DNA of 64,000 nucleotides, taken from NCBI GenBank assembly GCA_002269645.1, contig NIVC01000861.1:248001-312000 (forward strand), read 5' to 3'. Of the stretch, positions 36,519 through 49,600 are shown piece after piece. The notes beneath the pieces are model-generated. The model did not search any database. It was not told the DNA's origin and was given only the letters and a program-made list of their open reading frames with translations. The position numbers and the translations under genes are program-made. The first letter of the stretch is position 1; the number at the start of each line of letters is the position of its first letter. The stretch is from Macrostomum lignano. Lineage: Eukaryota.

Positions 36519-39500
36519 TTATATTGAAGGTATTGCCGTCGTCTCATAACAAGTAGCGTCATAATATAAAGTTCTAACAGTCGTAACAAAAGCTCCAAGC
36601 AGAGCCATACTCAGCACGCTCATCCCTTTAGGACTGGCACTTGTTAATTCTTCTTTCGCAGCCGACTGGGCAGCCTCAAGCATCCAGCTGAGCACAGGTT
36701 GGCTCGAATCTCCGCATCTGGTTCCGGCCGCATCCGGGAAGCTGATCAGAGCCGGAAGCTGCTCACTGCAGTCCGTGAAGCTCACCAGTCCGAGTACCTC
36801 ACCATCAATGGTAAGATTGACAGCTCTGAGTGAACCACAAGAGACTGAGGAGTTCTTAGTCTCGACTACATGGTACCTGGAATTCAAGTGTAAAGAGTTG
36901 TGAAATTTGATTTAATTAGCGAGCCAATTGTTCTGACAACAGATAAACGGCTATACTCTCTAGTTAAGAAACTCACAGCTTATTAGAATCCTCGAACTCA
37001 GCCATTTTGCACTCTTCTGCCCCGCAGTTCAGGTAGAAGACCTTCTTGGTCCTGTGCTCATAGAACAGTCCGATGCGAAGCCTCTGTGCGAGACTCAGCG
37101 GCTCCTTGCTGCGGGTGCTCAGGCTGGAGCCGACGCGAGTTCGCTGGCCTGAAGCCGGTGTTCAAGTGGAGTGAAATTGTGCAAAAGTTAAGCTCTGCTG
37201 CCTACAATCCAAAGTAAACAGCGATGTTCAGTAGAGGACAAGAACTAGAACAAGAACTGAATTTACAAGCATTCTTGACGCGAAATTTTACTGTACTCGA
37301 AAAGATAGTTATAGACTTTAAGTTTAGTCAATGCATAAGTTCTAACATTTAACAGTAGAAATACCTCAGGGGATTTATCAGGGAAACGCTCATACACACT
37401 GCCATCAAAGGAGCCATCAAATGCAATAGCTAATCAATTTCTCACATCATAAATCTGGGGAGATTAACTGAACACAGCAGTGCTGGGTACTGTACGAGCA
37501 TAGTAATTTACTACAATTTAATAGTAATAAGTAAACTATTTTTGGCTCCACGAAGTGTTTAAAAAGCCACCTTTTCACTCCAGCTTACTCTCTTTAACGA
37601 AGTTCTGCAGAGTCGCGGAGCTGTTGAAGCTGGCGAGCCTCATGACTCCGCTGTCAGCGCTCATCGCCGCCAGCTCAGCAGTCAGGGACCGACGAACCGA
37701 TCCTGTGGTGTAGCAGTTGCTCTCAAAATTAGTCATGCTTCTGCCGCAGAATCCCGGCTCCATCAGGCGAATTTGTAGACCCGTGATATTTGCAGAGCTT
37801 CTCCGATTCAACCGGAATGAGACCGTCAGGTAGCTCCTACAGTTTAATGTAGAGTGCAGTGATTGGTTTCGAGCAAGAAATTGATTTAATAAAAATGTTT
37901 TCAGCATCGGCCCAGCTCTCTCGTACCCTTTCGTCAGTTGCAGCACGCGCAGCATCTCCAGCTCCACGGGCTTTGGCTCGCCTGTTGAAGGCGACGAGCA
38001 GTTCGCTGGAAATGCATTGGGATTCGTATTGGCACGTTAGAAATGAAAGCATTTGAGTGGTTTTATTGAGTACCTGCTAGCAGTTAGCAGCATGGGTCAA
38101 CAGCCACTGACTGCTTGTTCACAGTAATGGTTAGAACTGGGGGTCGAAACCAATATTACATGTATAATAAGTTTAATTGTCCTTCGAGTGCAGTTCGTAT
38201 CGCATCGGTTGATGCTGTGCAGCTGAATCCACTGATCTGGGCCACCTCTGCTGGCTTAGGTGCGCCTCCGTGTCAAAGCCAGTCAGAACCACAACGGCAT
38301 TGTCAAGATGGTCATTCAGAATCTTCCATTTGCAGTTGAGGCCTTCCTCAGGCACAGGATCTCCATCTGTTTTAGGAATGATTCGATCTTCAATGAACTC
38401 CAGTTTTAGACTGAGCCGGAACTCATTGGTGTTGCCGCGCGGATAGCAGTACCGGTTGCCTGCCAGAGCTCTGTGGATAAGAATGGGCGGGAAGTAGATT
38501 TGCTGTGGTAAATTTAGTGTTGAAAGTTAATGCAGACGCACCCTATTTATGATCTTAGGTTAGATAGGCAAAAATTTTAAATACTTAGTTTTGTGGCACT
38601 GCGGTGAGTAGTTAAGATATTTTAGAAATGAAAGAAATGACATCAAAATTTTGGGGAAATTGTTCTTTGGCTTATTTCAAGGATCAAATTAGATTCTAAG
38701 TCCATAAATGCACTCAATCATTCAAATACGTGTTTAACTTTACAGTGTCAACCTCGCAATCCTCGAAACCCAATCAGTATGATGACCCAATCAGTATGAT
38801 GACCCAATCAGTATGATGACCCAATCAGTATGATGACCCAATCAGTATGATGACCCAATCAGTATGATGACCCAATCAGTATGATGACCCAATCAGTATG
38901 ATGACCCAATCAGTATGATGACCCAATCAGTATGATGACCCAATCAGTATGATGACCCAATCAGTATGATGACTCAATCAGTATGATGACCAAATCAGTA
39001 TGATGACCCAATCAGTATGATGACCCAATCAGTATGATGACCCAATCAGTATGATGACCCAATCAGTATGATGACCCAATCAGTATGATGACCCAATCAG
39101 TATGATGACCCAATCAGTATGATGACCCAATCAGTATGATGACCCAATCAGTATGATGACCCAATCAGTATGATGACCCAATCAGTATGATGACCCAATC
39201 AGTATGATGACCCAATCAGTATGATGACCCAATCAGTATGATGACCCAATCAGTATGATGACCCAATCAGTATGATGACCCAATCAGTATGATGACCCAA
39301 TCAGTATGATGACCCAATCAGTATGATGACCCAATCAGTATGATGACCCAATCAGTATGATGACCCAATCAGTATGATGACCCAATCAGTATGATGACCC
39401 AATCAGTATGATGACCCAATCAGTATGATGACCCAATCAGTATGATGACCCAATCAGTATGATGACCCAATCAGTATGATGACCCAATCAGTATGATGAC

Positions 39501-41835
39501 CCAATAAGTATGATGACCCAATCAGTATGATGACCCAATCAGTATGATGACCCAATCAGTATGATGACCCAATCAGTATGATGACCCAATCAGTATGATG
39601 ACCCAATCAGTATGATGACCCAATCAGTATGATGACCCAATCAGTATGATGACCCAATCAGTATGATTACCCAATCAGTATGACACCCCAATCAGTATGA
39701 TGACCCAATCAGTATGATGACTCAATCAGTATGATGACTCAATCAGTATGATGACCCAATCAGTATGATGACCCAATCAGTATGATGACTCAATCAGTAT
39801 GATGACCCAATCAGTATGATGACCCAATCAGTATGATGACCCAATCAGTATGATGACCCAATCAGTATGATGACCCAATCAGTATGATGACCCAATCAGT
39901 ATGATGACCCAATCAGTATGATGACCCAATCAGTATGATGACCCAATCAGTATGATGACCCAATCAGTATGATGACCCAATCAGTATGATGACCCAATCA
40001 GTATGATGACCCAATCAGTATGATGACCCAATCAGTATGATGACCCAATCAGTATGATTACCCAATCAGTATGACACCCCAATCAGTATGATGACCCAAT
40101 CAGTATGATGACTCAATCAGTATGATGACCCAATCAGTATGATGACCCAATCAGTATGATGACCCAATCAGTATGATGACTCAATCAGTATGATGACCCA
40201 ATCAGTATGATGACCCAATCAGTATGATGACCCAATCAGTATGATGACCCAATCAGTATGATGACCCAATCAGTATGATGACCCAATCAGTATGATGACC
40301 CAATCAGTATGATGACCCAATCAGTATGATGACCCAATCAGTATGATGACCCAATCAGTATGATGACCCAATCAGTATGATGACCCAATCAGTATGATGA
40401 CCCAATCAGTATGATGACCCAATCAGTATGATGACCCAATCAGTATGATGACCCAATCAGTATGATGACCCAATCAGTATGATGACCCAATCAGTATGAT
40501 GACCCAATCAGTATGATGACCCAATCAGTATGATGACCCAATCAGTATGATGACCCAATCAGTATGATGACCCAATCAGTATGATGACCCAATCAGTATG
40601 ATGACCCAATCAGTATGATGACCCAATCAGTATGATGACCCAATCAGTATGATGACCCAATCAGTATGATGACCCAATCAGTATGATGACCCAATCAGTA
40701 TGATGACCCAATCAGTATGATGACCCAATCAGTATGATGACCCAATCAGTATGATGACCCAATCAGTATGATGACCCAATCAGTATGATGACCCAATCAG
40801 TATGATGACCCAATCAGTATGATGACCCAATCAGTATGATGACCCAATCAGTATGATGACCCAATCAGTATGATGACCCAATCAGTATGATGACCCAATC
40901 AGTATGATGACCCAATCAGTATGATGACCCAATCAGTATGATTACCCAATCAGTATGACACCCCAATCAGTATGATGACCCAATCAGTATGATGACTCAA
41001 TCAGTATGATGACCCAATCAGTATGATGACCCAATCAGTATGATGACCCAATCAGTATGATGACTCAATCAGTATGATGACCCAATCAGTATGATGACCC
41101 AATCAGTATGATGACCCAATCAGTATGATGACCCAATCAGTATGATGACCCAATCAGTATGATGACCCAATCAGTATGATGACCCAATCAGTATGATGAC
41201 CCAATCAGTATGATGACCCAATCAGTATGATGACCCAATCAGTATGATGACCCAATCAGTATGATGACCCAATCAGTATGATGACCCAATCAGTATGATG
41301 ACCCAATCAGTATGATGACCCAATCAGTATGATGACCCAATCAGTATGATGACCCAATCAGTATGATGACCCAATCAGTATGATGACCCAATCAGTATGA
41401 TGACCCAATCAGTATGATGACCCAATCAGTATGATGACCCAATCAGTATGATGACCCAATCAGTATGATGACCCAATCAGTATGATGACCCAATCAGTAT
41501 GATGACCCAATCAGTATGATGACCCAATCAGTATGATGACCCAATCAGTATGATGACCCAATCAGTATGATGACCCAATCAGTATGATGACCCAATCAGT
41601 ATGATGACTCAATCAGTATGATGACCCAATCAGTATGATGACCCAATCAGTATGATGACCCAATCAGTATGATGACCACCCAAAGCGTGACGTTCTAAAA
41701 GCATTCAACCCACCCCAATCAAAACCTAAAATCCGCTACAAGAAAGCATCGCATCACTCACATTTGAAATGTGGCAGACAGCAGCAGAAGAGTCTCCAGG
41801 CTTCTGCCAATTAATATCTTTAGATTCAGTCGCAT
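36519..41835 (-). CDS. ~400-aa predicted secreted/cell-surface protein of unknown family; exons 41835-41762, 38470-~38182, 38005-37927, 37836-37588, 37148-36977, 36876-36519
   Basis: Exons 1-2 splice (AT|GTGAGT ... CACAG|A) to give signal peptide MRLNLKILIGRSLETLLLLSATFQIALA-GNRYCYP; junctions 3/4, 4/5 (GTAAGC) and 5/6 (GTGAGT) are GT-AG and phase-consistent; hydrophobic stretch near the C-terminus. The exon 2 donor could not be resolved. Confidence 0.7.
38769..41677. repeat. 17-bp satellite (CCAATCAGTATGATGAC), ~170 copies, in intron 1 of the secreted-protein gene
   Basis: Highly homogeneous array with recurring variant blocks. Confidence 0.99.
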
Positions 41836-42009
41836 GTCGCTCACTTCCGGCATCTAAAATTCGCGATGAGAGGTGGATGCAGAATGGAGATTCTGTGTCT
41901 GCGACAGCATTTAGAGGCAAGACGTGAAACTGCCGAACAAGGATATTCGTAAATGGCATCCAAATTCTTGTGCGCGTACTATACGAAATTTCTAATTTTA
42001 GCAATCTGA

Positions 42010-44430
42010 TTTCTGTCTTAGTACCCGGATGTAGTGACACATTTCTTGACACGTAGTTTGCCCAACCCTGCTATCAATGAATTTTAGATGCAAAATCGTG
42101 TAGATTTACGAGCGTAGTTTTTTTATCTGATTTTAAATATAATGTAGTATCTAGTGAGACAGACTCAGCCTTTTCTCTGACATACCTGAGTAAAATTATA
42201 TTCAAGTGACTCTAACGAACCCTTTTAGCTATGATAGTACATGTATTACAAAGACAGTCATCGCGTACGTTGAATTCGAAAATAATTTAGCAATAGAAAT
42301 ACAATACACCCACAGCCCCTAAGGACTCGAGAACGAGAATGTTGGTCAATCGAAGGACAATAGAAAATTCTCTGCATGGGAACACAAAAAATATTTTGTT
42401 TAACATTCTTAACTACTATTTTTTCTTCATTCTATCTTACCTTAAACAAATATCATTTGACAAAAAGGAGCCATCAAATTATGCTCAAATTTCTTAAAAT
42501 CTATGGTGTCTAATTGTGCACGAAACTCAACTCAACTATGTTGTCCAAATCCAACTGCTTGCAGACTTTATAAGAGAAATGTTATGATTTCTCTTGGAAT
42601 ACCTTGGAAAACCCGTGGATTTTACAGGCGTAGCTGCAGTACTCTGTGGCAGATCCAAGGAAAATCCACGGCTTTTCCGCGGCGAATTTTCTCTCGAGCA
42701 GTTGGAGTTTGCCCTTTTTTCAAGTACAACTAGAAGGCAATTCCATGGCTCTCCCATGGAAATTCAGCCAGTAGAATTGTTTAAATGGGTTGAATTATAG
42801 GAGTGTGGGTGTGTGCGTGCGCACAGTTGCCGCCCTTTACCATACTAGTGTTCATAACACAACACAAACAACAAGATACGTTGGTCAATCAGTTAGTAGA
42901 CAACGCGAACGTAGGCCGTGCCGCCGGCAGTGTCCGGGGCGCCGGCGTCAGCCAACAAGCAGTCGACGAAACGCCGAGTACGCGCCTGCCCCCGCCGGTA
43001 GGGTGCATGTAGCGTCAGCAGCAGCACCTCCTGCACCGGCTGTGAGCAGTACGACTCGGCTCGGATGAGATGGCCTGTCAGCTGGAGTCGCCGACGACTC
43101 CATAGTGTTCTCGTGTACTCGTACTCGTAGTGTTCATAGCATGACAAGAAAGAGAAGCAGAGGACGCACGCTTGATCTGTATCGTGCATGCGCTTTCAGA
43201 CCAAGCATGCACTGTTCTCTGTACACCACCTTACGTCAGTGCTGTACAGAAAAAGAGAACTTCAGTTTTTCCGAGAACGTTGGAGTTCTTTATTTTTTGT
43301 TCTTTCTAAAGGTGGGGAAATTTGCATGCATACAGATAACCATAAATAGCTTGTAAATAATAGTTTTGAATAATAATAATAATAATAGTAATAATAATAT
43401 TTTAATAATAATGATTTCTGTCCTAGTACCCGGTTGTAGTGACAAATTTCATGACACGTAGTTTAACCAACCCTGCTACCAAGGAATTTTAGATGCAAAA
43501 TCGTGTAGATTTACCTGGTAACTTTTTATTTGATTTTAAATATAATATAGTATCTAGTGAGACAGACTCAGCCTTTGCTCTAACATACCTGAGCATAATT
43601 ATATTCTAGTGACTCTAACGAACCCCTGTAGCTATGATACTACATGTATTACAAAGACAGTCATCGCGTACGTTGAGTTCGAAAATAATTTAGCAATAGA
43701 AATACAATGCACACACAGCCCCCAAGGACTCGAGAACGAGAATGTCTGTCAATCAAACAACAGTAGAAAATTCTGTGAAAACAGAAAAAGATTTTGTTAA
43801 ATTTCTTGACTAATCCTTTTCCCTCTATTCTTCCTCAAAGTCTCAAACAAAATATGATTTGGCAAATAGCACTGTTAAGCATTTTCATTAAGTTACTATA
43901 TCCCCTATATCCCCTCCTCCGGTTGCTGAATGGGCCCCGACCCCCGAAATAAATTCCTGGCTGCGCCACTGCACGAAACTCATTTCACGATCCATGTTGT
44001 ACTACTCACCAAGAGAAGTTGTCCAGCTTCTTGCAGTAGGAGAATTTACATGTATTTGAAGGGAGTACCGTGGATGGTTTTAGGGCGAAACCGCGGCAAC
44101 TCCGTGGCAAAACCAAGTAAATTCCACGGCAATTCCATGGCTCTTCCACGGAAATTCCATGGCTCTTCCACGGAAATTCCATGGCTCTTCCACGGAAATT
44201 CAGTCAGTAGAATTGTTGAAGTAGGGTTGAATTATAGGAGCGTGGGTGTATGCGTGCGCACAGTCCTTTACCAAACTATTTGTACATAGCATGCCAGGAA
44301 AGAGAAGCAGAGGTCGCACGCTTTTGTATCGTGCATATGCTGCCAGACCAAGCATGCACTGTTCTATGTACGCCACCTAACGTCAGTGCTGTACAAAAAA
44401 GGTAACTTCAGTTTTTTTACGAGAACTTAG
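42010..44430. repeat. Diverged tandem duplication (~42010-43400 and ~43410-44430) upstream of the secreted-protein gene
   Basis: Colinear matches: AGTACCCGG.TGTAGTGAC, GTGAGACAGACTCAGCC, GGACTCGAGAACGAGAATG, GGGTTGAATTATAGGAG, GACCAAGCATGCACTGTTC. Confidence 0.9.
42857..43127 (-). mobile_element. 5'-truncated RTE-type LINE insertion with 11-bp TSD
   Basis: RRRLQLTGHLIRAESYCSQPVQEVLLLTL...RRGQARTRRFVDCLLADAG*, same family as 47982-48671; T/G-rich tail; TSD TAGTGTTCATA at 42846-42856 and 43128-43138. Confidence 0.9.
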
Positions 44431-44867
44431 AATTCTTTAATATAAGATCTTAAAGATTTTGCATACTGTGATAGTTCTTTTGAAAGGTGATGAAATAAAT
44501 AAATTTTTATGCATACAGATCTCATAAATAGCTCGTAAATAATAAGCTTACCGTTCAGCTCAAAGCAGTAAACTGCAGGGAATAAGATTACAAGAATAAG
44601 ATTACATGTAACATTGGGTCTGGGTCTGGCGAATGTCACTGTCGTCTAGGTTAAGAAACTAAAATTTTCTCTAGGGGTTCACAAGGGTTTTCAAAATGCA
44701 TTTATGAACTCTTCTTTTAGTTCAGTTCAACAACTGCGAGCAGTTCGAGCTAAAAGTACTGTTGTGCAGAAACAGCATCAGTAATAGTTTCGTCGCTCTC
44801 ATTTTGTCTTTTTGGCGGAAAACTTTAGCTAGAATTTTTGGGTATGTTTCTCATTATCCCGATTCTA

Positions 44868-46483
44868 CATTCCCCAGATTATACATTTCCCAGATTTCAC
44901 GTTCCCCAGATTTCACATTCCCCAGATTTTACATTTCCCAGATTTCACGTTCCCCAGATTTCACATTCCCCAGATTATACATTTCCCAGATTTCACGTTT
45001 CCCAGATTTCACATTCCCCAGATTTTACATTTCCCATATTTCACGTTCCCCAGATTTCACATTCCCCAGATTTTACATTTCCCATATTTCACGTTCCCCA
45101 GATTTCACATTCCCCAGATTTTACATTTCCCAGATTTCACGTTCCCCAGATTTCACATTCCCCAGATTATACATTTCCCAGATTTCACGTTTCCCAGATT
45201 TCACATTCCCCAGATTTTACATTTCCCAGATTTCACGTTCCCCAGAGTTCACATTTCCCAGATTTTACATTTCCCAGATTTCACGTTCCCCAGATTTCAC
45301 ATTCCCCAGATTTTACATTTCCCAGATTTCACGTTCCCCAGATTTCACATTCCCCAGATTTTACATTTCCCAGATTTCACGTTCCCCAGATTTCACATTT
45401 CCCAGATTTTACATTTCCCAGATTTCACGTTCCCCAGATTTCACATTCCCCAGATTTTACATTTTCCAGATTTTAAATTTCCCAGATTTTACATTTCCCA
45501 GATTTTAAATTTCCCAGATTTTACATTTCTCAGATTTCAAATTTCCCAGATTTTACATTTTCCAGATTTTAAATTTCCCAGATTTTACATTTCCCAGATT
45601 TTACATTTCCCAGATTTCACATTCCCCAGATTTTACATTTCCCAGATTTCAAATTTCCCAGATTTCACATTCCCCAGATTTCTCATTCCCCAGATTTTAC
45701 ATTTTCCAGATTTCAAATTTCCCAGATTTTACATTTCCCAGATTTCAAATTTCCCAGATTTTACATTTCCCAGATTTCAAACTTCCCAGATTTTACATTT
45801 CCCAGATTTCAAATTTCCCAGATTTCACATTCCCCAGATTTCTCATTCCCCAGATTTTACATTTCCAGATTTTAAATTCCCCAGATTTTACATTTTCCAG
45901 ATTTTAAATTTCCCAGATTTTACATTTCCCAGATTTTAAATTTCCCAGATTTTACATTTCCCAGATTTCAAACTTCCCAGATTTCCCATTCCCCAGATTT
46001 CTCATTCCCCAGATTTTACATTTTCCAGATTTTAAATTTCCCAGATTTTACATTTCCCAGATTTCAAATTTCCCAGATTTTACATTTCCCAGATTTCAAA
46101 TTTCCCAGATTTTACATTTCCCAGATTTCACGTTCCCCAGATTTCACATTCCCTAGATTTTACATTTTCCAGATTTTAAATTTCCCAGATTTTACATTTC
46201 CCAGATTTTACATTTCCCAGATTTCAAATTTCCCAGATTTTACATTTCCCAGATTTCAAATTTCCCAGATTTCACATTCCCCAGATTTCTCATTCCCCAG
46301 ATTTTACATTTCCAGATTTTAAATTCCCCAGATTTTACATTTTCCAGATTTTAAATTTCCCAGATTTTACATTTTCCAGATTTCAAATTTCCCAGATTTT
46401 ACATTTTCCAGATTTCAAATTTCCCAGATTTCACATTCCCCAGATTTCTCATTCCCCAGATTTTATATTCCCCAGATTTTATA
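44868..46483. repeat. ~16-bp satellite (CCAGATTT(T/C)ACATT(T/C)C) with 48-bp higher order; resumes at 47475-47506
   Basis: Direct reading. Confidence 0.97.
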
Positions 46484-47474
46484 TGTTGTAGGGTTGTGGG
46501 CTTTCTGTCTAATTCTATCACTGCTGCAACCAAATTCTGTTATAGGGTACTTTCGCCTGTGTTTTAATCACAACGCTGCTACCAATTTCTGTTACGGGGG
46601 TCTTGGGGGAGGGGAAGTTTTCCTATTCTGACACCAAATCTGTTGTGGGGGGGAGTTATGGGATTCTTGGGATTTCTGAAAGATATGCTAGTTTTATTAC
46701 TAATAGGAGTAAGCCAATGGTTGCTCCTGGTGGCGTGAGTGTCCGAGCGGCAAGACACTGTCTAAATTAAACTTAACTAGTCCGAGGGAGGGCTACGCGA
46801 TGGATCGGAGTTGCCTGGGAAACGGGACGCACAAAAGGGGGAATTTAATAACTAATAGGGAATGCTGACATGGAAAGGATATGCCTTAATAGGGAATTAG
46901 CTAAGGGCAGGACGCCTAAGCAGACAGTGTGTCTGGATAAGGAGTTGGCAGATCGCCAGGTTACTCAGAGATCTGGGAAAGGGAGGCCTCACGCCTGTCC
47001 AACTGATAAGGGAAAAGGGGGGGGGTTAGAAATATTACTCAGTAAGAGACTGTACGTTCTCTGGGGGAGAGGGAAAGGGCTGTACGCTTATAGCTGAACA
47101 AGACCTCTCGGGGAAGGGGAAAGGCGGGCGCCTTTAAAGGAATAACTCATAACTTGGTCTATTTTTGGAACAACTGTTCAATTCGGCCGGAAGGCAAAGC
47201 CTGTTACTAGAGGCGGCCACAGAAGTCTGGGCTCTCCACAGATTTATTTGCTCATATTTATAGTAACTTTAATAAAAATGGCGGACAATTCATAACAAAA
47301 CATTAAAAATAAGAGGCACTATAAGCGTATTTGAGGCAAAAAGACGATATTTAGGCTACTTTTAAGGATCAAATAGACAGAAATATTTTGCTAATAAATG
47401 GATATATAATTTTTATAACGCATTTAACGAGTAATATACATAACATAAGCAATTATCACTATATCACTATATCA
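46484..47474. mobile_element. Probable solo LTR (991 bp) inserted in the satellite
   Basis: TG...CA termini, 4-bp TSD TATA (46480-46483 / 47475-47478), satellite phase continues across the insertion; no coding potential. Confidence 0.7.
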
Positions 47475-47519
47475 TATATTCCCCAGATTTTATATTCCCA
47501 GATTTACTCGGCGTCGCAA

Positions 47520-47650
47520 GGAATCAACAACCAGATACGCTGTCAGAGTCCTTGTCAGGTAGCGGCACAAGTCGCAAAGGAAGGCCACGCCGCCGACCGA
47601 ATCCGGGTTGCCAGCGTCAGCCAGCAGGCTGGAGTCAAGGCGCAAACCCG
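47520..47650 (-). mobile_element. Short 3'-end fragment of the same RTE family
   Basis: LLADAGNPDSVGGVAF matches LLADAGAPDTAGGTAY; followed by a CGTATCTGGTTGTTG tail like that at 42860-42890. Confidence 0.65.
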
Positions 47651-47959
47651 CAATATGTGGGACTGTCTGAGTTAATTTTTTTCTTACTAATCTGAGGATT
47701 AAATGATCAGGGCGTGGCCAGGGAGGGGGGCAAGGGGACCCGGCTCTTCAAAAAGACTGTCAAAAATAATGGCTGATTTCCCGCTGACTTGGCGGCCCTA
47801 CAAAGCAGGTTTGGCGCCTCAGATCTCAATTCTAGCAGTTCTCCAACAGCCACCTACTTTGGCCCCATCAACAGCCTCTTTGTCCGCATATGAAACCTTG
47901 TTTCGTCATATGCGAAGCGTCGAGCCGTCCCGCGGCCCCGTTTTACGCAGCCCCGCAAT

Positions 47960-48866
47960 CAAAGTCACGGAGCAGGGTGCGTCAGATGGCCCGCCGCAGA
48001 GCCTGAGAGCGGACGAAGTCCGCCCCGTTGGCAGTGTCGGGCGCCCCGGCGTCGCGTAGGAGGCGGTCCACGTCGTATCGACGGGTTCGGGCCTGACCCC
48101 GCCTGAACGGGCCCTGCAAGGTGAGCAGCAGGACGTCCTGAACAGGTTGGGGGCAGTAGCCCTCGGCCCGGATCACGTGGCCCGCCAGTTGAAGTCGCCG
48201 CTGGCGCAGGATGGTGGACGGGCGCTGCAGCTTGGCCCGATCGTACAGGGCCTCGGTCCCGATGCTCTCGTCAGCTCGAAGGCCGCACGGAGCAGCCCCG
48301 AGTGCGCCGAGTCCAGCTGCCGCTCCAGCGTAGCCGTCAAGTGTCCACGTCTCGGCGTTGTAGAGTAGGACGGTTTCGACCACCGCCTGCCACAGCCGAG
48401 CCTCGAACGGAAGGCCGCCCAGGCAAGTCCTCGGCGCCGCCGGAGGTCTTCGTCCACGTGAGGCACCAGACCGCCGAGGTAGGTGAACTGCCTGGCAGCG
48501 TGCGAGCGTGGTCGTCTGCCCGTCTGCGAAGCGGCCTGTCAGGTCCGCTGGGATGTCGGCCGGCAGAGTCAGCACCTCGGTCTTCGGCGTGTTGATAACA
48601 GGTCCGACGCTCGATGCCACCTCGACCAACCTGTCGATCTGGCGCTGGGCGCCTTTAACGGGTGAGGACAACCGTTAGGGCGAGGTCGTCGGCATAGCCA
48701 AGCACTCTATAAGGCGCTTTTCGCCGTGGCGGCGACCGATGCGTCTGCGCAGCAGGAAGCCGTCATTAGCCGAGGGGACTGCAGTCCGAAGCACCCAGTC
48801 CAGCAGCAGCACGAAGAGAAACGGCGCCAAAGTGTCGCCCTGCAGAACTCCTGAAGTGTCGAACTG
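47960..48866 (-). mobile_element. 5'-truncated RTE-type LINE, reverse transcriptase C-terminal half, frameshifted
   Basis: GVLQGDTLAPFLF, LGYADDLAL, INTPKTEVL, VETVLLYNAETWTL, RRLQLAGHVIR motifs. Confidence 0.9.
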
Positions 48867-49459
48867 ATGATGATTTACATGTATGTAATCGCCCTAGTAT
48901 AGTGAACCGTCCTCTCATGGGGGAAGGGTCAGATCGTATGACTATAGGGATGGCTGCCAGCAGTCTATGATCAGGCTATGACCGACAGATCGCCTTAGGT
49001 TGTCCCGCCCATTATTGATAGCTTTTGGTAGTGCTACTACATGTATATTAGAGACCTGAGGGGTAAGGACCCACATGTGCCCCATCGATGGCTAAGGTGC
49101 AAATATTGATCATCGGGTTATTGCATGACCCACTGGCTGTCACCACTCTGTGACCTGGCGAACCTGGATCTACGGTATGACCAGACCTGGCGAGGCCGGA
49201 GCCCCGCCTGGGATGGGTATCAAAGGGTTTGAGCTAGCGGGAAGCAGCATGCAGCCAAATAATGGGATTCTGCTTGGGCACAAATCGGGAACTCCGGGAT
49301 CATACTGAAGGATTTTTAGCAGAGGGGTCCTTTAAGGCTGTGATGACATGGTTCAGATTGCAAAGAGCAGTGTATAGAGAACACGTAGAACAGCTATACA
49401 TGTACATCTAGTTTGGACTGATCAATGGGTTCGGGCCTGGCCCCTCATATGAAAGGTTA

Positions 49460-49600
49460 TCCTCCACATGGAGCACCAGACATGATGAACCACTGCTGGC
49501 AGCGTGCGTCTGCGCCGTGGCATGTCAGGTCCGCTGTGACGTTAGCAGACACAGTCAGCATCTCGGTCTTCAATATGCTGACAAGGCTTGAATCCACCTC
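49460..49600 (-). mobile_element. Further degenerate RTE RT fragment
   Basis: Nucleotide similarity to 48460-48600 (CTGGCAGCGTGCG, TCAGGTCCGCTG, AGTCAGCA.CTCGGTCTTC). Confidence 0.6.

Noticed and set aside
41726-42052. 108-aa ORF as a standalone gene
   Set aside because: A different frame of the same stretch (41835-41762) supplies the signal-peptide exon that splices in phase to 38470.
48860-48915. CTGATGA as hammerhead ribozyme core (also ~63195)
   Set aside because: No GAAA after a stem II and no compatible stems I/III or cleavage triplet.
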